Below, one piece after another: positions 28,384 through 36,530 of a DNA stretch of 64,000 nucleotides. Every line of letters starts with the position of its first letter. Position 1 is the first letter of the stretch. Origin of the DNA: an uncultured Phycisphaerales bacterium (lineage in GTDB: Bacteria > Planctomycetota > Phycisphaerae > Sedimentisphaerales > Anaerohalosphaeraceae); contig CALMLO010000006.1 of assembly GCA_937868095.1 (NCBI GenBank), positions 1,791-65,790 of the forward strand, read 5' to 3'. The notes under the pieces were generated by a model, which saw only the letters and a program-made list of their open reading frames with translations, did no database searches and was not told the origin of the DNA. The position numbers and the translations under genes were made by a program.

Positions 28384-30069
28384 ATGGACGACCGGAAGAA
28401 ATCTCAATGGTTATGTGAGCGAATCCTTCAATTTCGGGACGGCCAACTTCCCGAGGACGAGTCCGCCGACCTGAAAGCCGTATTGCGCAATGATCCCCAG
28501 GCAAGGCGGTATTACATTGAAATTGTTGTTATGCATGCGATTTTCCAGGGTCGTAAATCCCCTCTTGTGAAGACGAATGTTTATCTGCCTTCAGAAGAAG
28601 TGATGGATAATGAATTGTGGGAAGCATTGGCGAAGGAAGAGAATTCAGCAGAGCCGATAGAAGTGATCAGACAGCAATCGGAATCGGAAAAAGCCGCATC
28701 TGCCGTTGTCACCGTTCGGGAAACCCGCGTAAAAAATACGCCGAGCAAAACACCGCTTTATGTTCTTTTGGCCTCTGCTGCGGCCATCTTTTTTGTCATA
28801 CTTTCCATCCGTTATTCTCCCTTTAAATCCGGCACGGCAGTGGCTGTTTTATCAGACAGTTTAGAGGCTGTCTGGAGTGATTCCGTCCTCCGAGAGAAAG
28901 GGGCTCCTCTTTTAACAGGGTCCAAACCCTATATCCTTCAGCAGGGATATGCTCAGCTTGTGTTTAACAATCATGCCCAGGTGACCATTCAGGCGCCGGC
29001 ATCGTTTCGCCTGCTTGATGAGGACGTGCTCAAACTGAATTTCGGACAGGTTTACGCCATCGTTCCGCCTTCTGCCTATGGATTTCAGATTTGCACCAAA
29101 GAATCAAAAATTATTGATTTAGGCACAGAATTTGGGATTGAACAGACTCTCAGCGGCGATACGGAAATTCATGTCCTCCGAGGAAAAGTGGTCCTGGTTT
29201 CAAAAGCAAAAGAACGCAAGATCAATTTGAATCTTTCGGCAGGGAACGCCTGCAAACTGATTGCCGCCACTGGACAAACACAGCAGATTGAGTGCCGCGA
29301 AGGCAGATTTGTAAGACATATCAATTCAGATTTTCGATGGGCCTGGAAGGGACAGCCGCTTGACTTAGCGGATTTGGCGGGCGGCGGCAGCGGCTTCGGA
29401 GGCGGAGACAGCCGGAAAGGCATCGATTTGTCAACCGGCAGAATGCAGCCCCGCGCAAACCAGGGATATGATAAGCCGGCGGCGGCTGGATTTCGACCGG
29501 TTCAGGATTTGCCCTTCATAGACGGAGTTTTTGTCCCGAACGGCGAGTTCGGCCCCGCAATAGTCAGCTCACAGGGGCATCAGTTTGACTTTCCCAAAAC
29601 CAGTGGGGCCTATTGGTCTGATATTACCCCCAATCCGTACATCGCCAAAAAGAATCCCCAGACAAATGAAATCGAGTATGTCTCCACGCTGCTGGAAGTG
29701 GAGGGCAAGCCGGACGAACCCATTCCGCCTCGGCTTCTGGTGCATCCGAATGCCGGCATTACATTTGATCTGGACAAAATCCGGCAGGCATACCCATTCT
29801 TTGAACTGAAATCTTTCCGGGCTGTTTGCGGCCTGCCGCAGATCTTGGATTTTCGAAAACGGTCGGAATTCTGGGTGCTGCTGGATGGACAATGTGTTTT
29901 CCACTGCCAGTCCGATTATCAAAATCTCAGCAGCAGAAAAGTCGAAATTCCAATCGAGCCGCATGCTCGATTCTTGACCTTAGCCGCCACCGACGGCGGA
30001 GATGGAACACATTACGACTGGTGCGTGTTTGCCCAGCCGGTTTTATTGCTTGAAAGAAGTTCCTTGTAA
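28384..30069 (+). CDS. FecR-like transmembrane anti-sigma factor with a C-terminal NPCBM-like module
   Basis: There is a 2-nt gap after the sigma gene. It has one TM helix (LYVLLASAAAIFFVILSI) and a FecR core (GFQICTKESKIIDLGTEFGIEQTLSGDTEIHVLRGKVVLV). The C-terminus HPNAGITFDLDKI..FWVLLDGQCVF..RFLTLAATDGGDGTHYDWCVFAQPVLL follows the NPCBM-type pattern; this is by eye and not verified. Confidence 0.8.
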   Translation: MDDRKKSQWLCERILQFRDGQLPEDESADLKAVLRNDPQARRYYIEIVVMHAIFQGRKSPLVKTNVYLPSEEVMDNELWEALAKEENSAEPIEVIRQQSESEKAASAVVTVRETRVKNTPSKTPLYVLLASAAAIFFVILSIRYSPFKSGTAVAVLSDSLEAVWSDSVLREKGAPLLTGSKPYILQQGYAQLVFNNHAQVTIQAPASFRLLDEDVLKLNFGQVYAIVPPSAYGFQICTKESKIIDLGTEFGIEQTLSGDTEIHVLRGKVVLVSKAKERKINLNLSAGNACKLIAATGQTQQIECREGRFVRHINSDFRWAWKGQPLDLADLAGGGSGFGGGDSRKGIDLSTGRMQPRANQGYDKPAAAGFRPVQDLPFIDGVFVPNGEFGPAIVSSQGHQFDFPKTSGAYWSDITPNPYIAKKNPQTNEIEYVSTLLEVEGKPDEPIPPRLLVHPNAGITFDLDKIRQAYPFFELKSFRAVCGLPQILDFRKRSEFWVLLDGQCVFHCQSDYQNLSSRKVEIPIEPHARFLTLAATDGGDGTHYDWCVFAQPVLLLERSSL

Positions 30070-30098
30070 ACATTTACTTTTTTCGGGAGGATTTTAAG

Positions 30099-32111
30099 AT
30101 GAAAAGAATAGTTCTGTTTTTAATGGGAAGTGCTGTTTTGGCCTCATGTGCCTATGCGGCCTTGTTTGAAGATTTTGAGAACTACAAATTGGGCCTTGTG
30201 GGAGATGTGACAAAGGGCAAGTGGGTAGGGACTGACGCAGTAATTGTAATGAACAATCTCAATAAAGCGTTAGATGCCTCCGACGCGGTGCCTGTCTATG
30301 CTTCATTGGGGAGTTTTTCTATTCCGGATTCAGATACGCAGACAACGGTCTTCTTCCGCTTTTATGTGGCCACCGGCAGTGAAAACTCTCCAATCGGAGT
30401 TGCCGATGAGGGAGATACAAGTCCGGACAGCTATGGGGATATGGACGCTTATGTCCAATGCATCAGCGGCAATCTGACCGCTCGAAATGGTTCAAGCAGT
30501 CCAACCATCATTTCGAAAATCAGCCCCGGCTGGTACAATGTTTGGCTGGTGATTAACAACAATGCCAACATTTATGATGTTTATGTGAATCAGGGCACCG
30601 CTGATGCAGCGGAAGCAGACAAGAAGGCGACGAACTTTGCCTTCCGCACGCCTTCGACAACCTCCATCGTATCATTTGCGAATGTATATGGCTCCGGTCA
30701 TTTATTTGACGACATCTATATTACACCCGGCCTGAGTCTGGTCAATCCGCCAAGACAGGTACCTCCGACCCCCGCTGCCATTGAAGGATTTTTTATGACA
30801 AATGGGTCTGGTCTGGAGTATTCAACAGTGATCAATGGCCATTTTACTCTTCCGGGTTCTTCCAGCACGGGCACGATAGGCGTTCCGGGTTGGTACAGCA
30901 ATCAGACGGTTTGGAGCTCAGACAGCGGTACACGCAGCGGCGACAGCTCGGATGGTGATGGTTGGCATTTCAGCGAAAAAGTCACGGATGGGCCGATTTG
31001 GAATGTGACCCAGACCAAAATGGTGCCGGGACAAAGTTATACCTTTTTTGCCGATGCGCACGGACGATGGGATTGCAACAGGGCCTATCTGTCTGTAGTT
31101 ATTGGCGAAGATCCCAACACTGGCTTAGGGGATCCGAATCTCTCCTTGGCCACCGCAGAACATGTGATTGGCGGCAATGGGATTTGGTATCACGATCTTT
31201 TTGTAAGTTATACCGCAACGCAGGCAGATGCCGGCAAGTGCATCGGCCTCAAACTGGAAGGAGGCAGTACTACCAAGATCGACAACAGCTGGATTCGGTA
31301 TGACAATATTCGATTGTATGATGGATTGGCTGTAGTGAAACATGGCCCTCTCAATCCAGTACCGGCAGACAGCAGTTGGGATCTCGCTCCAGGGGCGTTT
31401 GTCCTGTCGTGGACGCCAAGCAATGATCCGAACTGTACCGGTCAGCGGCTGTATTATTACATCGGGACCGGAGGAATGTTTAATCTTTCTGCTTATAATG
31501 CCGTCAGTCCTGTTTCTTTATCTCCATCAGCGGATTTCTACAACATCGGCACACTCGCTTTTGATCAATATGTCCTCTGGCGCGTGGATACAGTAATCGA
31601 TGGAGCCGCATATACGGGCCCGACGTGGTTTTTCGTAACGCAGACGGCGGACTTCCCTCCTATTGTCGATGCGGGCTACAGCTGCATTACTTGGCTGGCC
31701 AATCTTCCGCAAACTCTCGCCGGCACCGTCGATGACCTCGGCGAGGGAGATGTCGCTGATGCCGATGTGGTTTGGTCGATTGCCTCCGCTCCATCAGGAG
31801 CAAATGCCAGTGTTGTCAAAACATCGACCAATCCGTTCCAGCCGACTGCGGTTTTTACAACGGATACAGCGGGAACCTATACAATTCAGCTGACTGCCTC
31901 CGATACAGGAGGTTCCCAGGGCTCCCAGACTTCGTTTGACACTTTGACAGTCCGCGTAGCCGCAGATGCCTGTGCCGCTCAGCAGATGGTTCAGGCGGGC
32001 TACAAGGCGGCTGATTATGATCGGAATTGTGTGGTGGACCTGGCGGATCTGTCTGCCTTTGCCGGCCAGTGGCTGGATGATATCCGCTTGACGGAAGCCG
32101 TTCCGTATTAA
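30099..32111 (+). CDS. secreted non-catalytic multimodular protein (jelly-roll modules, FN3-like, PKD/Ig-like, dockerin-like tail), paralogue 1
   Basis: GGGAGG RBS and a signal peptide. From about nt 30785 it is colinear with the next gene ([56 protein letters not shown]..). Tail: [21 protein letters not shown]. Confidence 0.85.
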   Translation: MKRIVLFLMGSAVLASCAYAALFEDFENYKLGLVGDVTKGKWVGTDAVIVMNNLNKALDASDAVPVYASLGSFSIPDSDTQTTVFFRFYVATGSENSPIGVADEGDTSPDSYGDMDAYVQCISGNLTARNGSSSPTIISKISPGWYNVWLVINNNANIYDVYVNQGTADAAEADKKATNFAFRTPSTTSIVSFANVYGSGHLFDDIYITPGLSLVNPPRQVPPTPAAIEGFFMTNGSGLEYSTVINGHFTLPGSSSTGTIGVPGWYSNQTVWSSDSGTRSGDSSDGDGWHFSEKVTDGPIWNVTQTKMVPGQSYTFFADAHGRWDCNRAYLSVVIGEDPNTGLGDPNLSLATAEHVIGGNGIWYHDLFVSYTATQADAGKCIGLKLEGGSTTKIDNSWIRYDNIRLYDGLAVVKHGPLNPVPADSSWDLAPGAFVLSWTPSNDPNCTGQRLYYYIGTGGMFNLSAYNAVSPVSLSPSADFYNIGTLAFDQYVLWRVDTVIDGAAYTGPTWFFVTQTADFPPIVDAGYSCITWLANLPQTLAGTVDDLGEGDVADADVVWSIASAPSGANASVVKTSTNPFQPTAVFTTDTAGTYTIQLTASDTGGSQGSQTSFDTLTVRVAADACAAQQMVQAGYKAADYDRNCVVDLADLSAFAGQWLDDIRLTEAVPY

Positions 32112-32259
32112 CTCTTTGGATAGTTTGAATGAACAAGAGTTTTCCCCTTCTGTTCCGGGGTCGGGCATATACCCGGCCCTGGAACGGGAAAACAAAGAAA
32201 GCCGGCAGAGATGATTTGCTGGATGAAACCGTGCGAAAGATTTTCAGAAAGGTAGATTT

Positions 32260-34371
32260 ATGAAAAGGGTTTTGCTGGTTCTTGCGCTTATGTTTAGTAC
32301 GGGGGCGGCGGTTGCCGACTTTACCGCAAATGACAATCCGCTGCACTTGTGGAATCTGAACGGCAGCGGTACGGACAATGGTTCGGGCCTGATTGATATC
32401 GTTACCCTGGCCAATGGAGCACGATATGACCGCTGGATGAATGGGATAGATTTCTCGGCGGATGTCACGGCCTATGCGGCCCCTGAACCGGCCAACCTCC
32501 CGATGTCTGTCCTTCTCGGAGGGGGGGCTTTTACGATTGAGGCGATTGTTTGCCCGGCCTTGACACCGGGAGCTGAGTCAAGCCACATGGAAATTGTCTC
32601 CGCAGAAGATGGTTCTACCCGCGCTTTTCAGTTTCGAATTAATGACGGCGGAACAACTCTTCGTTTTCAAACGCTTACCAGCGGCTTCACGACAACCGTT
32701 GCTTATGATGTTCCTATCACCTATGAAGCGGGAAAATGGTACCACGCGGCTGTAACGTACAGCGGGGTACCGAATGTGGCTGGCAATCTGAAAATATACT
32801 GGACGCCGCTGGGAGAAGCATCTCTGATTGAAGTAACGGCGGCCTCTCCCCAAACCATGACCGGAACAATTAACCCCGACCGTTATGCCGAATTTTGTAT
32901 TGGGAACGAACTGCGGGCCAGCCCCGGCGAAAACTGGGAAGGCGTAATCGATGCCGTGCGCATCACCGAAGCCGAACGCTCTCCGGCGGCCATGCTCGCA
33001 TCGATTGTTCCCCCGCTGACACCTCCGGCGGAAACCCCCATTACCGGCATGTTCTTCGAAAACGGCACCGGGGAAGAATATACAACAGTGATCAACGGCA
33101 ACTTTACCCTCCCGGGCACCGCCAGCAAAGGCACGACAGGTGTGCCGGGTTGGTACGGCAGCCAGACGGCTTGGAGTTCAGACACCGGTACGCGCAGCGG
33201 TGACAGCTCGGATGGCGATAATTGGAACTTCAGCGAAAAAATTGCCGATGGGCCGATTTGGAATGTTACACAAACTCGAATGGTGGAAGGCCGCAGTTAT
33301 ACCTTCCTGGCCGACGTGCAGGGACGCTGGGACTGCAACAGGGTCACAATGTCGGTCATTGCAGGGGAAGATCCGAACACCGGTCTGGGGGACCCCAATA
33401 TTCCTCTTGCAAGTGTTACCCATGTGATCGGCGGCAACGGAGTTTGGTATCACGATCTCTTTGTGAGTTATACAGCAACAGAAGCGGATGCCGGCAAATT
33501 CATTGGGGTCAAGTTTGAAGGAGGCAGTACCACCAATGTGAATAACAGCTGGATTCGGTATGACAATGTCCGAATGGTGGATGGTTCTATTACTATCAAG
33601 CATGGACCGCTCGATCCGATTCCGGCGGATGAAGCAGTCGAGGTGGCTCCTGGCTCTTTTTCGCTCCATTGGACACCGAGCAATGACCCGAATAAGGTCG
33701 CTCAGAATTTGTATTATTATATTGGAACGGGCAAATCGTTCGACATTGCTGCCTATAGGGCGGTTAGTCCGGTTCCCCTCTCTGCCTCGGCGAATTCCTG
33801 CAGCATTGGCACTGTCGGTTACGATCAATATGTCCTCTGGCGTGTGGATACGGTAATTGATGGGGCCGCTTATACCGGTCCGACGTGGTATTTTATGATG
33901 CAGACAACGGACTTTCCGCCGACGGTGGATGCGGGCTACAGCTACATTACATGGCTGGGCAATCTGCCGCAGCTGCTGGCCGGAACGGTGGACGATGGCG
34001 GTGAAGGCGATGTAGCCGATGCCGATGTCGTTTGGTCGATTATCTCCGGCCCTTCGGGAGCAGCCGCCACTGTTGTCAAAACCTCGACCGATCCGCTCCA
34101 GCCGACCGCGATGTTTACAACGGACAAAGCCGGCGACTATGTGATTGAGCTGACAGCCGCCGATACCAACGGTTCACAGGGCGTCCAGTCGGCTTCGGAC
34201 AGATTGACGGTCCGCGTAGCCGCCGACGCCTGTGCTGCCCAGCAGATGGTTCAGGCGGGCTACAATGCGGCTGATTATGATCGGAATTGTGTGGTGGATC
34301 TGGCGGATTTGTCCGCCTTTGCCCGCCAGTGGCTGGACGATATCCGATTAAGTTCCTCGGTTCCTTATTAA
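32260..34371 (+). CDS. secreted non-catalytic multimodular protein with LamG-like N-terminus, paralogue 2
   Basis: Signal peptide [19 protein letters not shown]. The N-terminal LamG-like module (..[26 protein letters not shown]) is unrelated to the N-terminus of paralogue 1. The remainder is homologous to 30099-32111 and has the same dockerin-like tail. Confidence 0.85.
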   Translation: MKRVLLVLALMFSTGAAVADFTANDNPLHLWNLNGSGTDNGSGLIDIVTLANGARYDRWMNGIDFSADVTAYAAPEPANLPMSVLLGGGAFTIEAIVCPALTPGAESSHMEIVSAEDGSTRAFQFRINDGGTTLRFQTLTSGFTTTVAYDVPITYEAGKWYHAAVTYSGVPNVAGNLKIYWTPLGEASLIEVTAASPQTMTGTINPDRYAEFCIGNELRASPGENWEGVIDAVRITEAERSPAAMLASIVPPLTPPAETPITGMFFENGTGEEYTTVINGNFTLPGTASKGTTGVPGWYGSQTAWSSDTGTRSGDSSDGDNWNFSEKIADGPIWNVTQTRMVEGRSYTFLADVQGRWDCNRVTMSVIAGEDPNTGLGDPNIPLASVTHVIGGNGVWYHDLFVSYTATEADAGKFIGVKFEGGSTTNVNNSWIRYDNVRMVDGSITIKHGPLDPIPADEAVEVAPGSFSLHWTPSNDPNKVAQNLYYYIGTGKSFDIAAYRAVSPVPLSASANSCSIGTVGYDQYVLWRVDTVIDGAAYTGPTWYFMMQTTDFPPTVDAGYSYITWLGNLPQLLAGTVDDGGEGDVADADVVWSIISGPSGAAATVVKTSTDPLQPTAMFTTDKAGDYVIELTAADTNGSQGVQSASDRLTVRVAADACAAQQMVQAGYNAADYDRNCVVDLADLSAFARQWLDDIRLSSSVPY

Positions 34372-34415
34372 AAGACATGGCAAGCCGGAAAAAAGACAAA
34401 TGTCAATATCCTATA

Positions 34416-34455
34416 GACAGGGCAGGACTTCTGCAGGAAGAACTCCTGTCCTGTC
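34416..34455 (+). other. extended imperfect stem-loop between paralogue 2 and the prepilin-like gene
   Basis: GACAGGGCAGGA..CTTC-TGCAG-GAAG..TCCTGTCCTGTC forms about 16 bp with one 3-nt bulge and one G-U pair. No U-tract follows. Confidence 0.3.
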
Positions 34456-34481
34456 CCGATGTGTTTCGAAAAGGAGAAACC

Positions 34482-35297
34482 ATGACTCGGAAATGTCTAT
34501 TGCGGTCGAAAGGATTCACATTAATTGAGCTTCTGGTTGTGATTGCAATTATCGCCTTGCTTTTGGCGGTACTTATTCCCTCGTTGCGAAAAGCCAGAGA
34601 AAGCGCCAAGTCCTTGACCTGTCGGAGCAATCTGAAGCAAATGACGTTGGCCTTCAGCGTTTACAGCCAGGAAAATGACGGCCGGATGTTTTCTTTGGCT
34701 TATGGAGCCGATTACTGGTTCCGGAAGATTGCACCTTTTCTGGGGGACGCCTATTTTCAGCAGAACCCCACCGTGGACTATACAGGAGTCATGCAGGTGA
34801 GCATTTGTCCTTCTACGAAGATTCAGACCTCCAGAGAAAATGGAACCTACAATACCACCTGGCATTATCAGGACGGCATTGGTAGCTACGGCATCAACTG
34901 CTGGCTTCTCTCGGACGTCCCGGATTCAAGCGGAAAAACCTGGTATGAAAAGTGGGGCGGGGGCATCGGCCAGACAACCGGCCGTTATTTCGAACGCTAT
35001 TCGATTGCCCGTTCTGATGCCGGCCTGCTGGCAGACGCCTTTCGCATGGATGTCTGGCCGATGCCGGATCAGGAAATCCAGCTTCGCTTATCTACCAGCA
35101 AAAGCGAATTAAAGGAGCCAGGTGGATTGCCTCACAACCCCAACTATTTCATGAGACGCTATATGGCGGACCGCCATGGCATGGCCGTCAATGTCGGCTT
35201 TGTAGGGGGTTATGTGGAAAAAGTTAATTTGGTGGATCTCGGCTTGATTAGTTGGAGCAAACGCTCTTTTCCCCGCCCGGATTTAATTATTCCGTAA
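34482..35297 (+). CDS. prepilin-type N-terminal cleavage/methylation protein with a DUF1559-like C-terminus
   Basis: AAGGAG RBS at 34471-34476. The N-terminus is [26 protein letters not shown] and the C-terminal motif is [20 protein letters not shown]. The start was chosen inside ORF 34287-35297. Confidence 0.85.
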   Translation: MTRKCLLRSKGFTLIELLVVIAIIALLLAVLIPSLRKARESAKSLTCRSNLKQMTLAFSVYSQENDGRMFSLAYGADYWFRKIAPFLGDAYFQQNPTVDYTGVMQVSICPSTKIQTSRENGTYNTTWHYQDGIGSYGINCWLLSDVPDSSGKTWYEKWGGGIGQTTGRYFERYSIARSDAGLLADAFRMDVWPMPDQEIQLRLSTSKSELKEPGGLPHNPNYFMRRYMADRHGMAVNVGFVGGYVEKVNLVDLGLISWSKRSFPRPDLIIP

Positions 35298-35318
35298 CCC
35301 TTTTCGCTCACCGTTCGA

Positions 35319-35354
35319 AAGCCGTCTCTGATTCGAGGCGGCTTTTTTCTTTTC
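35319..35354 (+). terminator. rho-independent terminator
   Basis: 10-bp stem AAGCCGTCTC / GAGGCGGCTT (one G-U pair) with a 6-nt loop, then TTTTTTCTTTTC. Confidence 0.7.
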
Positions 35355-35378
35355 AAATTGAGCCGGCTGTGATATAGT
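35350..35378 (+). promoter_or_regulatory. candidate sigma70-type promoter for tRNA-Ser
   Basis: TTTTCA (35350-35355), 17-nt spacer, then TGATATAGT (extended -10, hexamer at 35373-35378). It lies 40 nt upstream of the tRNA. Confidence 0.35.
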
Positions 35379-35418
35379 CAAAGTCGTCACAAGAAGACCT
35401 TGTCTGTCTTGTATGTCT

Positions 35419-35506
35419 GGAGAGGTGTCGGAGTGGCTGATCGAGCAGCCTTGGAAAGGCTGTGTAGGGCTTGTCTCTACCGCGGGTTCGAATCCCGCCC
35501 TCTCCG
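35419..35506 (+). tRNA. tRNA-Ser (anticodon GGA)
   Basis: Manual fold: acceptor GGAGAGG/CCTCTCC, 3-bp D stem, anticodon stem CAGCC/GGCTG with loop TTGGAAA, long variable arm (GTAGGG..CTCTAC), T arm GCGGG-TTCGAAT-CCCGC and discriminator G. CCA is not encoded. Confidence 0.9.
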
Positions 35507-35609
35507 GTTTTGATTCTAAGTTCTTTGATATTCGGCATTTATTTTTCATTTCCCTTCGGTTTGTTTGTTCAGAAACCCCCGTATTTCGCCGGCAAAAAGG
35601 AGTTTGGCC

Positions 35610-36530
35610 ATGAGAATGGTTACGATTGTTTTTTTGACAGCCCTGTCCGTTGTACTGCCGATTTTGATTTGGGCTCAGCCTGCCCGCCAGCTGGGGCTTC
35701 CTGCACCGGGTCCTGTTTATCGCAATTTGGCCTATATTCCAGATGGCCATGAACGTCACAAACTTGACCTGTACCTGCCGGCGAAAGGAGAAAGTTTTCC
35801 GCTGATTGTCTATGTTCACGGCGGTGCCTTCAAAGCCGGCAGCAAGGAAATGGGAGTGCCCCTCGATTTGCTCTCCGAAGGATATGCGGTGGCTTCGATT
35901 AACTATCGTCTCAGCCGGCATGCGAAGTTTCCCGCACAAATTGAGGATTGCAAAGCGGCGGTCCGCTGGCTGCGCCGCCACGCCGACAAGTACGGAATTG
36001 ATCCGAATCATTTTGCCTCCCTCGGATATTCAGCAGGGGGGTATTTGGCTGTAATGCTGGGGGTTACCGGCGATATAAAAGATTTTGACGTCGGTGAAAA
36101 TCTGGACCAATCCAGTGCTGTGCAGGCCGTTGTAGATTTCTTCGGCCCGACCGATTTTCTCCAAATGGATGCCCATCGCCTCCCTGGCGGGATGGTTCAT
36201 GATGCGGAAGACTCGCCGGAGTCTGAACTGTTTGGCGGCCCAATTCAGCAGAATAAGGAAAAGGTCAGCAAGGCCAATCCAATCAACTATATTTCGCCGG
36301 CCGATCCTCCCTTTCTAATTTTTCACGGTGATGCAGACCCCCTCGTGCCGCATCACCAGAGTGTCCTGCTGGAGGAAGCCCTCAAGAAGGCGGGGGTACC
36401 GGTTCTCTTTTACACCGTCAAAGGTGCCGGCCATGGAGACTTTAAGGACCCAAATGTCCCTCAATTGACCAGGAACTTTTTGAAAAAGTATCTCAAATCC
36501 TATTCTCCGACCCCTGATAAACTGCCATGA
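35610..36530 (+). CDS. secreted alpha/beta-hydrolase esterase (HGG / G-x-S-x-G type, CE10/BD-FAE-like)
   Basis: AAAGGAG RBS and a signal peptide. Motifs VYVHGGAFKAGSK and LGYSAGGYLA, with acid and His contexts HGDADPLVP and GAGHGDF. The stop overlaps the next start (ATGA). Confidence 0.8.
   Translation: MRMVTIVFLTALSVVLPILIWAQPARQLGLPAPGPVYRNLAYIPDGHERHKLDLYLPAKGESFPLIVYVHGGAFKAGSKEMGVPLDLLSEGYAVASINYRLSRHAKFPAQIEDCKAAVRWLRRHADKYGIDPNHFASLGYSAGGYLAVMLGVTGDIKDFDVGENLDQSSAVQAVVDFFGPTDFLQMDAHRLPGGMVHDAEDSPESELFGGPIQQNKEKVSKANPINYISPADPPFLIFHGDADPLVPHHQSVLLEEALKKAGVPVLFYTVKGAGHGDFKDPNVPQLTRNFLKKYLKSYSPTPDKLP

Noticed and set aside
35283-36011. A 242-aa minus-strand ORF running across tRNA-Ser and the esterase gene.
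   Set aside because: It overlaps a canonical tRNA and is antisense to an esterase with HGG and GxSxG motifs.
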